From Batkoa obscura (Eukaryota): 64,000 bases of DNA. Under the pieces are notes generated by a model. The model did not search any database. It saw only the letters and a program-made list of their open reading frames with translations, and was not told the DNA's origin. The stretch lies in NCBI GenBank assembly GCA_030770535.1, contig JASVEC010000012.1:682001-746000 (forward strand). Reading direction: 5' to 3'. Both the position numbers and the translations under genes were made by a program. Positions within the stretch are counted from its first letter, which is position 1, and every line of letters starts with the position of its first letter. Shown piece after piece: positions 53,142-64,000 of the stretch.

Positions 53142-55783
53142 GGGGACGTGTTTTTTTGTTTAAGGGTTTTACTAACAATTTTTCCACTTAAATAGCGCTT
53201 AAAAGATAGAAAAAATAATGAAACCAAAAAAAACACCCTCATATGTAATAACATAATTTACCACGAAATATTAAATTTAAGGTTTTTATGGATAAAAATA
53301 AGGAAAAACTTGTGCTTTTAAAGGACTATAAAGTTTTAAGGAAATTAAAAAGTGCTCAAAGTTGATAAAGAAAAAAAAAAGGTTAGAAATACTAACAATA
53401 ATAACTGAGCTTACATTTTTCAAATTAAAAAATAGTTTTTTGATGAATTTCTAAGCTTTATTATAATATATTTAATATAAATAAAAGTTATAAAAGATTA
53501 TATATCATAATAAAAAATATAAATAAAAAGTTGAAAAATTAGCAAAAAATTAATTTATTAAAATAGAAAAGCTAAAGCAGAAATTCAAAAAATGTTAATA
53601 AAAAAAAACAAGGTTGAAAGACAAAATTAATAATAAAGGAATAGAAATTATTATTTTAATAATATAATATTAAACTTTAGTATTAAAAAGATTTATAAAA
53701 GCATTTTTAGTATATTATAAGTTATTATAAATTATATGGGGGTGTTTTTTTGGCTTCATCACTTTTTCCATGTTTTAAGCGCCATTTGAGCGGGAAAATT
53801 ATAAGTAAAGTTCTTAAACACAAAAATGTATCATCATATAGTGATTTTTATTAGCTTTTTGTTTAACTTTATTAATTTATTAGTATTTAAGCAGTTTGAG
53901 TTCCTATAATGCTTAGCTTTAATAACTCGATTTCTAAGCTTTAAAATTTAAACAAGTCATTATACTGCTTTTTGCTTTTTTTTATAAACTAGTTTTTAAT
54001 TTTTTTAATTTTAGTTGCTATTAGCAATGTTGATAATAAAGTTTTAAAAAAAAACCTTTATATAATAGTTAAATAGTATTAATAATTAAATATGGATTTA
54101 AATAATTAAACATTAACTTATTTAAAGCCAATATTAAAAAAAAAGCATTAAAAAAAAACTTTATATAAATTAAAACAAAGCAAAATTAGTAAATTATTAT
54201 ATTATTATAAATTTAAAATAACAAAAAATCAAAAACAGATTACTTAGTTTATTTAATAGTGATTTAAAATTTGATTTATTATTTATTTGATTTAAAAAAA
54301 ATAACAGTACTAAGTAATTTTAATATAAAAATAGCATAATTATATTAAAAATTTAATACTATTGTTTATTTTATTTTACTAGTTAATTGAATTAAAGCAT
54401 ATTGTAAAATTATTAAATATTTATAAAAAAAGTAAATTGTTTTATTTGTTTTATTTTATTTAAAAGTATATACAAATTAAGTATTTAAAATTAAAAGCTA
54501 ATAATTTAACTTGAACTTTATTTATTTAACAAGATTAATTATGATAATTAATATTAATTTTATTGTAATTGATGTTTCAAAACAAAATCATACAATATAC
54601 ACTAAAACACTATATATTATATAAAAATTGTTATAGAATATTGGGTTTAAGCTTTTAATTAATAAAAATCTAAGTAAAAATTATAAATTATCTGATTTTT
54701 TAAGTTTATATAAATTATGTTTAGCATCTATTTTGGTAAGTAGTTTATATATGGGGATGTATTTTTATGTTTAAGAATTTTACTAACAATTTTTCCGCTG
54801 AAATAGTGCCTTAAAAAATGGAAAAAGTGATAAAGCCAAAAAAGACACCCTCATATATGGATGTTTTTTTAGTTTTATCGCTTTTTCCATTTTTTAAGCA
54901 TTATTTAGGCATAAAAATTATTAACAAAATTTTTAAACAAAAAAATACATCCTTATATAATAATATAATATACAAATAAAAACTGATTAATTACTATTAT
55001 TTTTAAATTTTTTACTAGAAAGCAAAAACATTTAATAGTTTTAAATCATTTTATTATAATATATGAGGGTGTTTTTTTTGGCTTCATTATTTTTTCTATC
55101 TTTTAAGCGCTATTTAAGTGGAAAAATTGTTAGTAAAATTCTTAAATACAAAAATACATCCCCTTATATTATTTTAGTATTTATTTTTTATATATTTTTT
55201 ATATAACATAATTCTAGAAAAAAACGCTAATTGAATATTGGATGAAAAAATGCTTTTTTAAAGATTTTAGTTATATATATTAATTAATTTTGCATTTTGA
55301 TCACATTATTTTAAATTTTAATGTAAATCTAATTATTAAAAAATATTGTTATTTTATAACTATAAATTTAATAAAAAACTTTATTTATTATAATATTTAT
55401 ATAAACTTGAGTTATTTAATTTTTTTTAAGTTTATTTATAATTAATTTATTTATATAAATTAACCAATTTTTATTTAAATTTGTCAAAATTAATTTATAA
55501 TTAAACAAATTTTTACTTATTTTTTTAAAATTAAATTTTAATCTACGGATTAATAATACTTTTTTTATTAACTTTTTAAATAAATAATTAAAAATTATAA
55601 AAGTTTTTTGGTTAACTGTTTATAATGAATTAAAATCTTAATTTTAATAGATAAAATAAATTTATAAATAAAAAGATAATATATGGGGATGTATTTTTGT
55701 ATTTAAGAATTTTACTAACAATTTTTCCACTTAAATAGCGCTTAAAAGATGGAAAAAATAATGAAACCGAAAAAAACACCCTC
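53142..55783. mobile_element. MITE copies (53142-53240, 53738-53835, 54753-54852, about 54859-54953, 55065-55163, 55685-55783) in an extremely AT-rich spacer
   Basis: GGGGA(C/T)GT...ACACCCTC ends, with ATAT TSDs at 53142 and 55685. Confidence 0.88.
54160..54750. pseudogene. Decayed middle copy of the CMTR1-3'/ZRSR2-3' junction
   Basis: Aligns by eye to 52620-53014 and then to 57040-57260. Confidence 0.7.
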
Positions 55784-56299
55784 ATATAAATTAAAACTTA
55801 TTGGTTATCAGCTTTATCCAAGATTGTAATGCTGCAAATAACAGGTGCCATTATATAAAACATGGGGATGTATTTTTATGTTTTATTATATAGTTGAATT
55901 TCAAAATTTATTTAATTTTTCATTTTTTCATTTTTTTATTTTTTTAGCTATAATAAATAGTATTTTAGTATGAATATTTGTTTTCCGTTTTTATATTCTT
56001 TTTTATTATTATTATTGCTAATATAACTTCATATTTTACTAAATACCTTTTTTATATTTTACATACTTTTTTAGCAAGCTATTATAAACTTTTTTCTAAT
56101 TTTCAACTTTTTATAACTAATATCAACCAATTAAGCTTTGAATATTAAATTTTATAACATATTAAATTTAATTAAATTTATCATATGAATTATAATTAAA
56201 TTAATTATAAAAGTATAATTATTTTTATAAATAATTTAAATGACCATTATAATATAATTAATTATTAAACTGATAAAACAATATTTAACAAAACTTTAA

Positions 56300-56990
56300 A
56301 ATATAAAAAAAGGAAACAATAAAATATACCATTGTTAATAATAATAAAACAATCAATCAATGGAATAAAAGATTATAGCAATTAATATTTGACTCATAAT
56401 GGAAATTATAATTTATTTTAATTAATTTAGTATATATTATTAAGTATATTTTAATATCAACTTAATAAAAATAAAAAGATTTTATAATATAGTGACTAAA
56501 TATACGGTTAAATAATAATACTGACTAACTTATAGTCAACGTTAATATAAGAAGGTAAATAGTTTTAAAAAGGAATACTACCAAGGCAAAGTTTAAAATA
56601 TAGTTTAATAGAAAAAGAGATTAGTAAACCAACAGATAATTATAAATTTGTAATGATTTAAGAAAGCAAATTTTACTTACCAAGTTTATTCAATAACGAA
56701 TCAAAATTTGAGAATGACTTTATTTAATTTTTAAAAAGTAATAATATTAAATAATTACTATTATTAAAAATTTACCATTATAATCGAATGTTTTAATGTT
56801 ATTTCAATTTACTAGCTAACCAAATCAAAGTCATGTCATAAAATTGTCAAATACTTATAAAATGGATAAACATTTTTTATTTTTAAGAATAAAATATTAA
56901 TTACTAATTACAATCGTCCAGTGGCACCTTAAATTGTTTCCAATACTTTAAAAACATACTCAGGTTAAGAGATTGAAATTGGAAACTAAT
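56300..56990 (+). pseudogene. Decayed duplicate of the CMTR1-like 3' half
   Basis: For example ccagtggcaccttaaattgtttccaatactttaaaaacatactcaggtta matches ccagtaacccccttaatcgatttcaatactttaaagacatatgccggtta (about 52943). Confidence 0.75.
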
Positions 56991-56998
56991 AATTTAAC

Positions 56999-58277
56999 TT
57001 AAAGTTCATTTAACCAATGTAATTGATTACAATTATTAATTAATTGACATTGATTATATTTCAACTGATGTTCTAAAATAAAATGTTATAGTTTATATGT
57101 TAAAACACAATACATTATAGAAAAATTACCACATAGTATTAGATTTAAGCTCCTAATTGATAAAAATCTAGGTAAAAATTGAAAGTTATCCGATTTTTTA
57201 AATTTAAGTTCATTCAAACTACGTTTAGCATCTGTTATAGTGGCATATTCTATATATACATGACCCGAAAATTCAAGCTTGGGATGATAGGAAATCTATC
57301 ATCAGATTAAGTTAATAAATGTTAAATAATTTTAGAGTAAAATTTACTTTTAAATTTTTAATTGTTCCCAACTTTCCCAACCATTTCAAATTCAATTTGA
57401 AAAATGTGTTAGCTTCTTTAATTGTATTAAAATCCCTTTCCTTCTAATATTAAATTTTTAATAAAGCTTAAATTAATATACTTCAATATAATTAAAATTA
57501 AATATAATTACCATTTCTTTTTTTAATTTATTAAAATAATCAAATTGAAACCAATTTGGTATAATAATAACATGACCTTCAGTAATTGTAGTATGTAAAT
57601 AATAACAGTTTGGACCTAAAATACAGATTCCTAATTTATTATACGTCATACAGCTTTGTTGTTCTGATTGTTTGTTATTATCCTATTTATTCTATTATTA
57701 CATTATTAGTTGTATATTTCAAAAGCTTACCATTAACTCTTTATTATGAGTTTCTAACTCAATTATTTGTTCGTCAAGTTTGTTATTATTTTCTTGATCT
57801 TTATCAGCTTTATCATTATTATTATTATTATTACTCTTATACTTCTTTAAAGTATGATTTTTATCATTAATTGTCGTTTCCTTCCCTAATAACTTTGATA
57901 GTTTGTTTTTTAAATTCTGTTGTTTGGATTCAATTTTAGCCTCTATTTTCTTTCTTTCAATATCTCTAATTTTCCATTCTTTAGGGGTTAAAAAATAAGT
58001 ACTAAATAGTTTATCATTATTCCTAATCTTTTATTTTAAGTGTTTGTTATTACCTGTCTATTTCTAATATCATGTTAATTATTATTAACTAGGTAGTTGT
58101 AAAATTACCTTCTTGTTTATTTACTTCGTTATCCTTGGCATTTTCCACTTCATCATTTACTACTTTCTCTTTTAATAATTGGATAGCTTTATCTTGACGT
58201 TTTTTCTTCCTTTTATTGTATTTCTTTAACCGCCTATACTCTTTTCTAGTTAATTTAACACCTTCGTTTACCCCCAT
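56999..58277 (-). CDS. ZRSR2: ZRSR2/URP-like U2AF35-related splicing factor (CCCH-UHM/RRM-CCCH), divergent
   Basis: N-terminal RKEYRRLKKYNKRKKKRQ; first finger CMTYNKLGICILGPNCYYLH; FSGHVYIEY; second finger CEHQLKYNQCQLINNCNQLH, assembled across GT-AG introns. Confidence 0.8.
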
Positions 58278-58408
58278 TCTCTGAATTCATTTCATATTAA
58301 GTTTACTAAAAAACAAAATCTAACTAAAAATTTCAGATTATTTTGATTTGTAAATCGAAAATTCGTTATTATCAACTTTACGTTTTTAAATTTTGAAAAA
58401 AATCAGCT

Positions 58409-59326
58409 ATGATATTCAACCACATCAAAACATATATACGACATGTTAACCCATATACAATATTAACAAAATCAAATTATACAACTCAACCTCCAGCAGC
58501 AAAAAAATCAACGATAGCTATACCATTAGCATTAGGTACAATAAGTATCTATTTAATCTCTTTACATTTATTTTACAATCAATCTACCTCCAAGTCCACA
58601 GAAACAATTAAGTCAACTACTGATATCCCAACTCCCAAGACAATTATCGATTTATTAGAACAGCAAACCGATAAGACGAAAACGTATGATAATATAGCTA
58701 ATGAATATGATTCGAAAACTAAATGGGACGAGTTTGTTATGGGATTATATTTATTACGTCGTTATGTTATCAAAACTAATGCTTCTGGTAATGTACTTGA
58801 ATTATCTGTAGGTACAGGTAGAAATATGAAATATTATCATGATACAATAGGTTTAAAAAATGAAATTTCAAGTTTAACCTTGTTAGATAAAAGTGGTTCA
58901 ATGTTACAACAAAGTGAAAGTAATCCTTATACTAAAAGTTTAGTTAAAGAATTTATTAAATTAGGAAAAAGGATAAGGCTTTATCAAGGAGATAGTGAAC
59001 AGTTAAAAGAATTTAAAGAGAATGAGTTTGATACGGTAATTGATACGTTTGGATTATGTAGTTATAAAGACCCTATTAAAGCTATTAAAGAAATGAAAAG
59101 AGTATGTAACAAAAATGGGGGTAAAATCATTTTATTACAACATGGGGTTGGTAGATTGGAGTTTTTAAATAAATTATTAAATCAACATGCGGAAGACCAT
59201 GCTAGTAAATGGGGTTGTTGGTGGAATCGAGATATTTTAAAACTTTGTGAAGCGGCAAAATTGGATGTTCAATCAGTAAGTAGATTCCATTTTGGTACTA
59301 CTTATTATATTGTTGCTAAACCTTAA
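58409..59326 (+). CDS. OMS1: Mitochondrial SAM-dependent methyltransferase Oms1-like, intronless
   Basis: VLELSVGTGRN, FDTVIDTFGLCS, WGCWWNRDI and RFHFGTTY; N-terminal TM segment. Confidence 0.88.
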   Translation: MIFNHIKTYIRHVNPYTILTKSNYTTQPPAAKKSTIAIPLALGTISIYLISLHLFYNQSTSKSTETIKSTTDIPTPKTIIDLLEQQTDKTKTYDNIANEYDSKTKWDEFVMGLYLLRRYVIKTNASGNVLELSVGTGRNMKYYHDTIGLKNEISSLTLLDKSGSMLQQSESNPYTKSLVKEFIKLGKRIRLYQGDSEQLKEFKENEFDTVIDTFGLCSYKDPIKAIKEMKRVCNKNGGKIILLQHGVGRLEFLNKLLNQHAEDHASKWGCWWNRDILKLCEAAKLDVQSVSRFHFGTTYYIVAKP

Positions 59327-60883
59327 GACTGATTTTTTAGAATAGAATAAAATTGAAATTTTGAATTTCTAGTCTTTTTATTTATTTTTATATTGATTAT
59401 GAATTACAATAGTTTTTCAATATAGATTATTAAAATAAATGCTTTTATAAAAACTTAAAAAATATTAAAGGTGAAAATGATAGCTATGATTAAATATTGT
59501 ATTGATTATAAAGCTATATTGTATTATTAAATAAATTATTTTATTTAAAATATTTAAATAACATTATAAAATTAATGTTTCTTTCAATTACTTTTAAAAG
59601 CTTAAAAATTGAGCAGTTTTTTACAAGAATTAAAAAATTCATGTTTGTATTAAATTAGTTCTTGTTTCAATATTTTATTCACTGAGTTACTATTGAGTAA
59701 CTATATAACCAAAGGTATAAAATCGAAACTATTATTTAATAAAGATCTATTCAGACAATCATGACAATGTCAGCATGAGAGTTTCACTTCCTCGAAAAAT
59801 TTGAAGAATATGAAGAATAAGAAATAAAAATCATATAGCTTTCTATAATGAATTAGAGAATGATATTGAGCAAATTATAACATATATTGATAATCTTCAA
59901 TATTGCGGAAAAAACCAGAAACTATTATTAAAGGAATGAATAAAGGACTTGTATCATTTACTATCAATAATGTATCTATTTTAACTAAACAGCTTAGTAA
60001 AAAAAATGGTAGAAGCAATTGTGTTGTATTATTAATATACTCTGGATAATTTCATAAAAATTAAATTTCATTGTGATTATAAAAGGATTTGGAATTTAGT
60101 TTTTAGTTTTTAGTGTTTATAGTTTCCCAAATGATTTGAGTTGGATTAAGGATGGTGAATATATTCATGATGAGTAAAGTAAAAGTAAAAGTAAAAGGTT
60201 GATTAGTTTAAGTTTATAAAGATAGCTTTTCTATTCTATTTATTTACTAATTTTATAAATAATCTTGATGTTTGTTACCCTTTGAAAGAGAGTATTTGGG
60301 TATTATTAAACGAAAAAAGTAAGGTTGTATTAGGATCTGTTTAGAGGTTATACAGAAATCATAGATATTTTTATAATAATGAGTTGAATTTGGGTTTGAA
60401 TTTGAAGTATGAATATGAGGTTTTTTATACTTGCTTTATCTCAAAGGTTGATTTACTTTCATTCTCTTTGTTTTCTCTAGTTATTTATTTATATGTAGAT
60501 ATTTATAATAAAATTTATTTTCTTAAATTTTGTTTTATACAGCTGCAGCAGTTCTATTATGACCTAGTTTGCAGTAATTTTTAGAGTTAGTTATTTGTTT
60601 ATTTGATTTTTTTCATGCCTATTGTTTATTTTAGCTTGGTTTTGATAAAATTTTAGTCTTAAATAAGCAGTTAGTTAAGTTACAATAGAGTTACAGCAGC
60701 TTTAAAATTTTATTGCATTAAATTCGTTATTGTTTCAATTGATTATTGGCTGAGTTGGATATTTGTGACTGCAAGAAAAGGGATATAAACAAAGCATTAT
60801 TTAATGAAGATAAATCAATTTTCTACTTTATTATACTTTAAACAAATTAAACCGAAGATCGATATTACTATTATTAAATTAAA

Positions 60884-62212
60884 ATGGAGTACAATAAAAA
60901 GAGTCCAGGTAAAACTAATATTATAGAAACTTTATTTTGATTGAAGATATTAATAAATAATACTCAAGCTGTTAAAAGAATCATGAAAGAATATAAAGAT
61001 ATTATGAAAAATCCAAGTAGTTATTTTATTGCTAAACCATTAGAAGAAAATATATTTGATTGGCATTTTACAATCTTTGGACCAAATAATACTGAATATG
61101 AAGGGGGGAGGTAATTTAATTCAAATTATCATATAATAGTACAAAGATTTTAATCCATCTCATATCAATTAATTAAAAAAATAGATACCATGGACGTATA
61201 ATATTACCTAATGAATATCCATTTAAACCTCCTCATTTAATGTTTTTAACGGTAATACCATAATAAGTTACTACAGAATGATAATAATACTATTTCATAT
61301 ATTAGCCAAATGGAAGGTTTGAATTAAGAACTAAAATTTGTTTGAATATAACTGGTTATCATCCAGAATCTTGGCAACCTGCTTGGAGTAGTAAGTTCAT
61401 TTTTTAGATATTAATTTAATTCATTTCAATCAAACACAACTAATTCTCCTTAGTCTCCACCCTATTATTAGGCGTTATAAGCCTCTTCCCTATACCCTTG
61501 GAAGGGGTGGGTGCATTAACTACATCTATTGAAGCACGCAAAAATTTAGCAAAAAAGTAATATTCATGTTTTTCAATTTTAATAATCTTTAAATTAATCA
61601 ATAATGTTTTATTTAAATAGTTCTTTAACTTGGAAATGTGATATTTGTAATGAAAAGATGAATGAAATTATTATTGTTAAAGATGATAGCAATGAAAGCT
61701 TGAATAAAAATCTTTCAAATACAGATAGAGAGTTTTTAAATTCTATTACGTTGACATATGAAAGTGATAAAAAGGATAAAGAGGAGAATAGTAGCGAGAT
61801 ACAAGGGAATAACAATAGCAGTGATAATAATATTGATACCCAAGATGGTAATAGTACCATACAACTCAACACGAGTATCGAAGAGGATAGTAATAATATT
61901 GAAACAGATATAAGTAATATTATACAATATACTATAGATAAGGGTGATAATGATATAATTAATAATAATAATAATAATAACACTATAAATCACAATCAAC
62001 CAAAAGATTTATTAGAAACGAAAGACGATGTAAAAGAAGAGGAAAACACAGTGAATGATATAAACAATAATAAAGGAATGTGTTCTTCTTCTTCAACGAA
62101 TCAATTAAATAACAATTTGGATCCAAATGTAACTTCTTTTTCAAATAGAATGTTAGATGGATTAATTTTAATTCTACTTGTATTAATTTTAAGTTTATGG
62201 CTTAAATTATAA
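60884..62212 (+). CDS. UBE2J1: Tail-anchored ubiquitin-conjugating enzyme UBE2J1/Ubc6 family
   Basis: SPAVKRIMKEY, PLEENIFDWHFT, YHGRIILPNEYPFKPP and TPNGRFELRTKICLNITGYHPESWQPAWS; C-terminal TM segment. Confidence 0.92.
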
Positions 62213-62215
62213 TTA

Positions 62216-63440
62216 TTAAATAGTTATAAGTAATATATCTTCTTCATTATTATTTAAATAATTTAAAATATAAATATGATTTATATATGGTAATATATAA
62301 TCTAATAAATTATTTAAATAATTTAATTGATTTTCAGTTAATTCTTCTAAATTAATATGTTGTTTTATAAATTTTAATAATGATATACAATTTTCAGATG
62401 ATTGTTGTAATTGTTTACTAAATTTAATAGCAAATGAAGTACCTATAAAATAATTATTAAGTTAATTTAACAATTTAAATAAAACTCAATTTTAAATTTA
62501 CCTGTAAATGTAATATCTTTTTCAGTTCCTATTCTATTACATCCAATAATAATAATCTCTTTTTCTAATTCCTTTAATAATGGAGATAATCGAAACAGCC
62601 AATAAAATAAATTGAAATAAAATAACTTATCAGATAATATCCAGTTCATTGTAATAATGATAATTTCAGTTTTCATTTCATGATGATAAGTAGCAAATTC
62701 ATATTTCATAAAAGAATCTAGTTCATTAGAATTATTCAAATCCATACAAATACCAATCCCTAGTTTCTTTTGTTGATAATAAAAAGTGGAAAATGAAGGT
62801 CCACTCATAGCCCATCGTTCATCAATTAAATATAAGAAATGTTTTTGATAATGATGCAATATCATTCCATTAGAATCAATTACAACACAACTATTATAAT
62901 AATTTTTAGTAGATATATTTTTTTCTGGGAAACTTAAAATTAATGTAATATTATATTGTTTTGCTATAAATAATAAAAAATTGATTATTAACAATAAGAA
63001 TAATAACTATTTTTTAAATATAAAATAATACCTAATTTGATTCCCCAACTCACGTTCTTTCCTTTCCATAAAAGTTTTATTGGATCATATAAATCGACAT
63101 ACGCTTTGATGTCATCTTGATTTTCAAACATATAACCTTCAATAAAAGATCAATATATATAAAATAATGAAATAATAATTTACCAGTTAAACTCATTTCA
63201 GGTAAAATAAGAATATCTGGTAACTCAATTAAACTAAATATTTATTAATTTATAATTTATAATTTATAATTTATTTTTAGTATTATGTTATAAATTAATT
63301 ACTTTTGTATCATGTATTCTACTTTTTTACAATTTAATTCAATCTCTTTAAATTGAATATCATATTGTAAACATGCTATAATTTATTATTAAATTAAATA
63401 TTAACTTTCTATTTTTTAAATTAAATCTACCAATTTTCAT
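62216..63440 (-). CDS. NTA1: Protein N-terminal Asn/Gln amidase (carbon-nitrogen hydrolase)
   Basis: PDILILPEMSLTGY, YQKHFLY, GICMDLN, YWLFRLSPL and CNRIGTE. Confidence 0.85.
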
Positions 63441-63577
63441 ATTAAATAATACAAAATAAAAAACAAAAGTAAAAAACTCAGTGACATTAAAAATAAAATT
63501 CAACCAATTAAATAAAACTTCAAAACTAAATTTCAATATTTTAACAAATTTTTATTAGAATCTTGACTTTATAAAGA

Positions 63578-64000
63578 CTAAATATATTTGGATTCTTTAC
63601 TAAAATTATTTAAAAATAATTCCTTAATATATTCCGTTAAATCTGGATGATTTTCAATAAATCTTAATAAAGCTAAACAAGACTATACATAAAAAGATTA
63701 ATTAAATTAACTTATAATAATATTAAAATTAAAATTACCTCTTTATAACAAATAAACAATCTAGCTTCATATTGACTTCGTGCATGTTCAATACAAGCTT
63801 GATAAGTTTCAGCTGCTTCTCTAGTTTGATATAAATAAGCATATGTTTGTGCTAAACTAGCTTGGACTAAATCTGATCTTGGATCCACTAAATAATAAAT
63901 TAATAAAATATTATATTAATTTTAATAAATATAAAAACTAATTTATAAAATTAACTTACATTCTACTGCTTTTAAAAGGAAATGATTAGCTTCTTGATAT
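63578..64000 (-). CDS. 3' end of a TPR protein, Tom70-like (partial)
   Basis: ANHFLLKAVE.DPRSDLVQASLAQTY..AAETYQACIEHARSQYE resembles the C-terminal TPRs of Tom70. Confidence 0.55.

Noticed and set aside
13192..55783. Recurrent ~99-bp repeat as a CRISPR array or ncRNA family
   Set aside because: Copies are dispersed, in both orientations, with inverted termini and 4-bp TSDs shown by empty sites. This is a MITE.
57610..57870. Tyr/Leu-rich plus-strand ORF
   Set aside because: Antisense to the ZRSR2-like exon.
59700..60700. Spacer with a 66-aa ORF (60384-60584)
   Set aside because: No recognisable motif, real start codon or splice structure; probably decayed repeat DNA.
61609..61999. Two hydrophobic minus-strand ORFs
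   Set aside because: Antisense shadows of the Asn/Asp-rich UBE2J1 exon.
275..64000. U12-type introns suggested by the ZRSR2-like gene
   Set aside because: No RTATCCTT donor was seen at any intron I could delimit.

Overview
Extremely AT-rich, intron-dense eukaryotic DNA with typical introns of about 45-75 nt, most consistent with an early-diverging fungus (the taxon is inferred, not shown). Two compact gene blocks flank a ~24 kb region with no host protein gene. Left block (0.3-23.2 kb): Ap4A phosphorylase, MED12, RAD16, YOS1, Sec39/NBAS-like, kanadaptin and a CDF zinc transporter. Middle region (23.3-47.8 kb): several defective copies of a Sola-like DDD DNA transposon, most of the ~30 copies of a ~99-bp MITE with related ends, solo LTRs and three tRNAs. 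Right block (47.9-64 kb): VPS55, TFB1, a degenerate CMTR1-like gene, ZRSR2-like, OMS1, UBE2J1/UBC6, NTA1 and a partial TOM70-like TPR gene. Main candidates for follow-up: a probable 1-nucleotide exon in VPS55; RIP-like C>T/G>A decay of duplicated DNA; a triplicated CMTR1/ZRSR2 convergent junction with reciprocal decay; a CMTR1 homologue with a catalytic K>E change; and a MITE that repeatedly inserts into and disables its presumed partner transposase. Exon structures and alignments were read by eye and were not computed.
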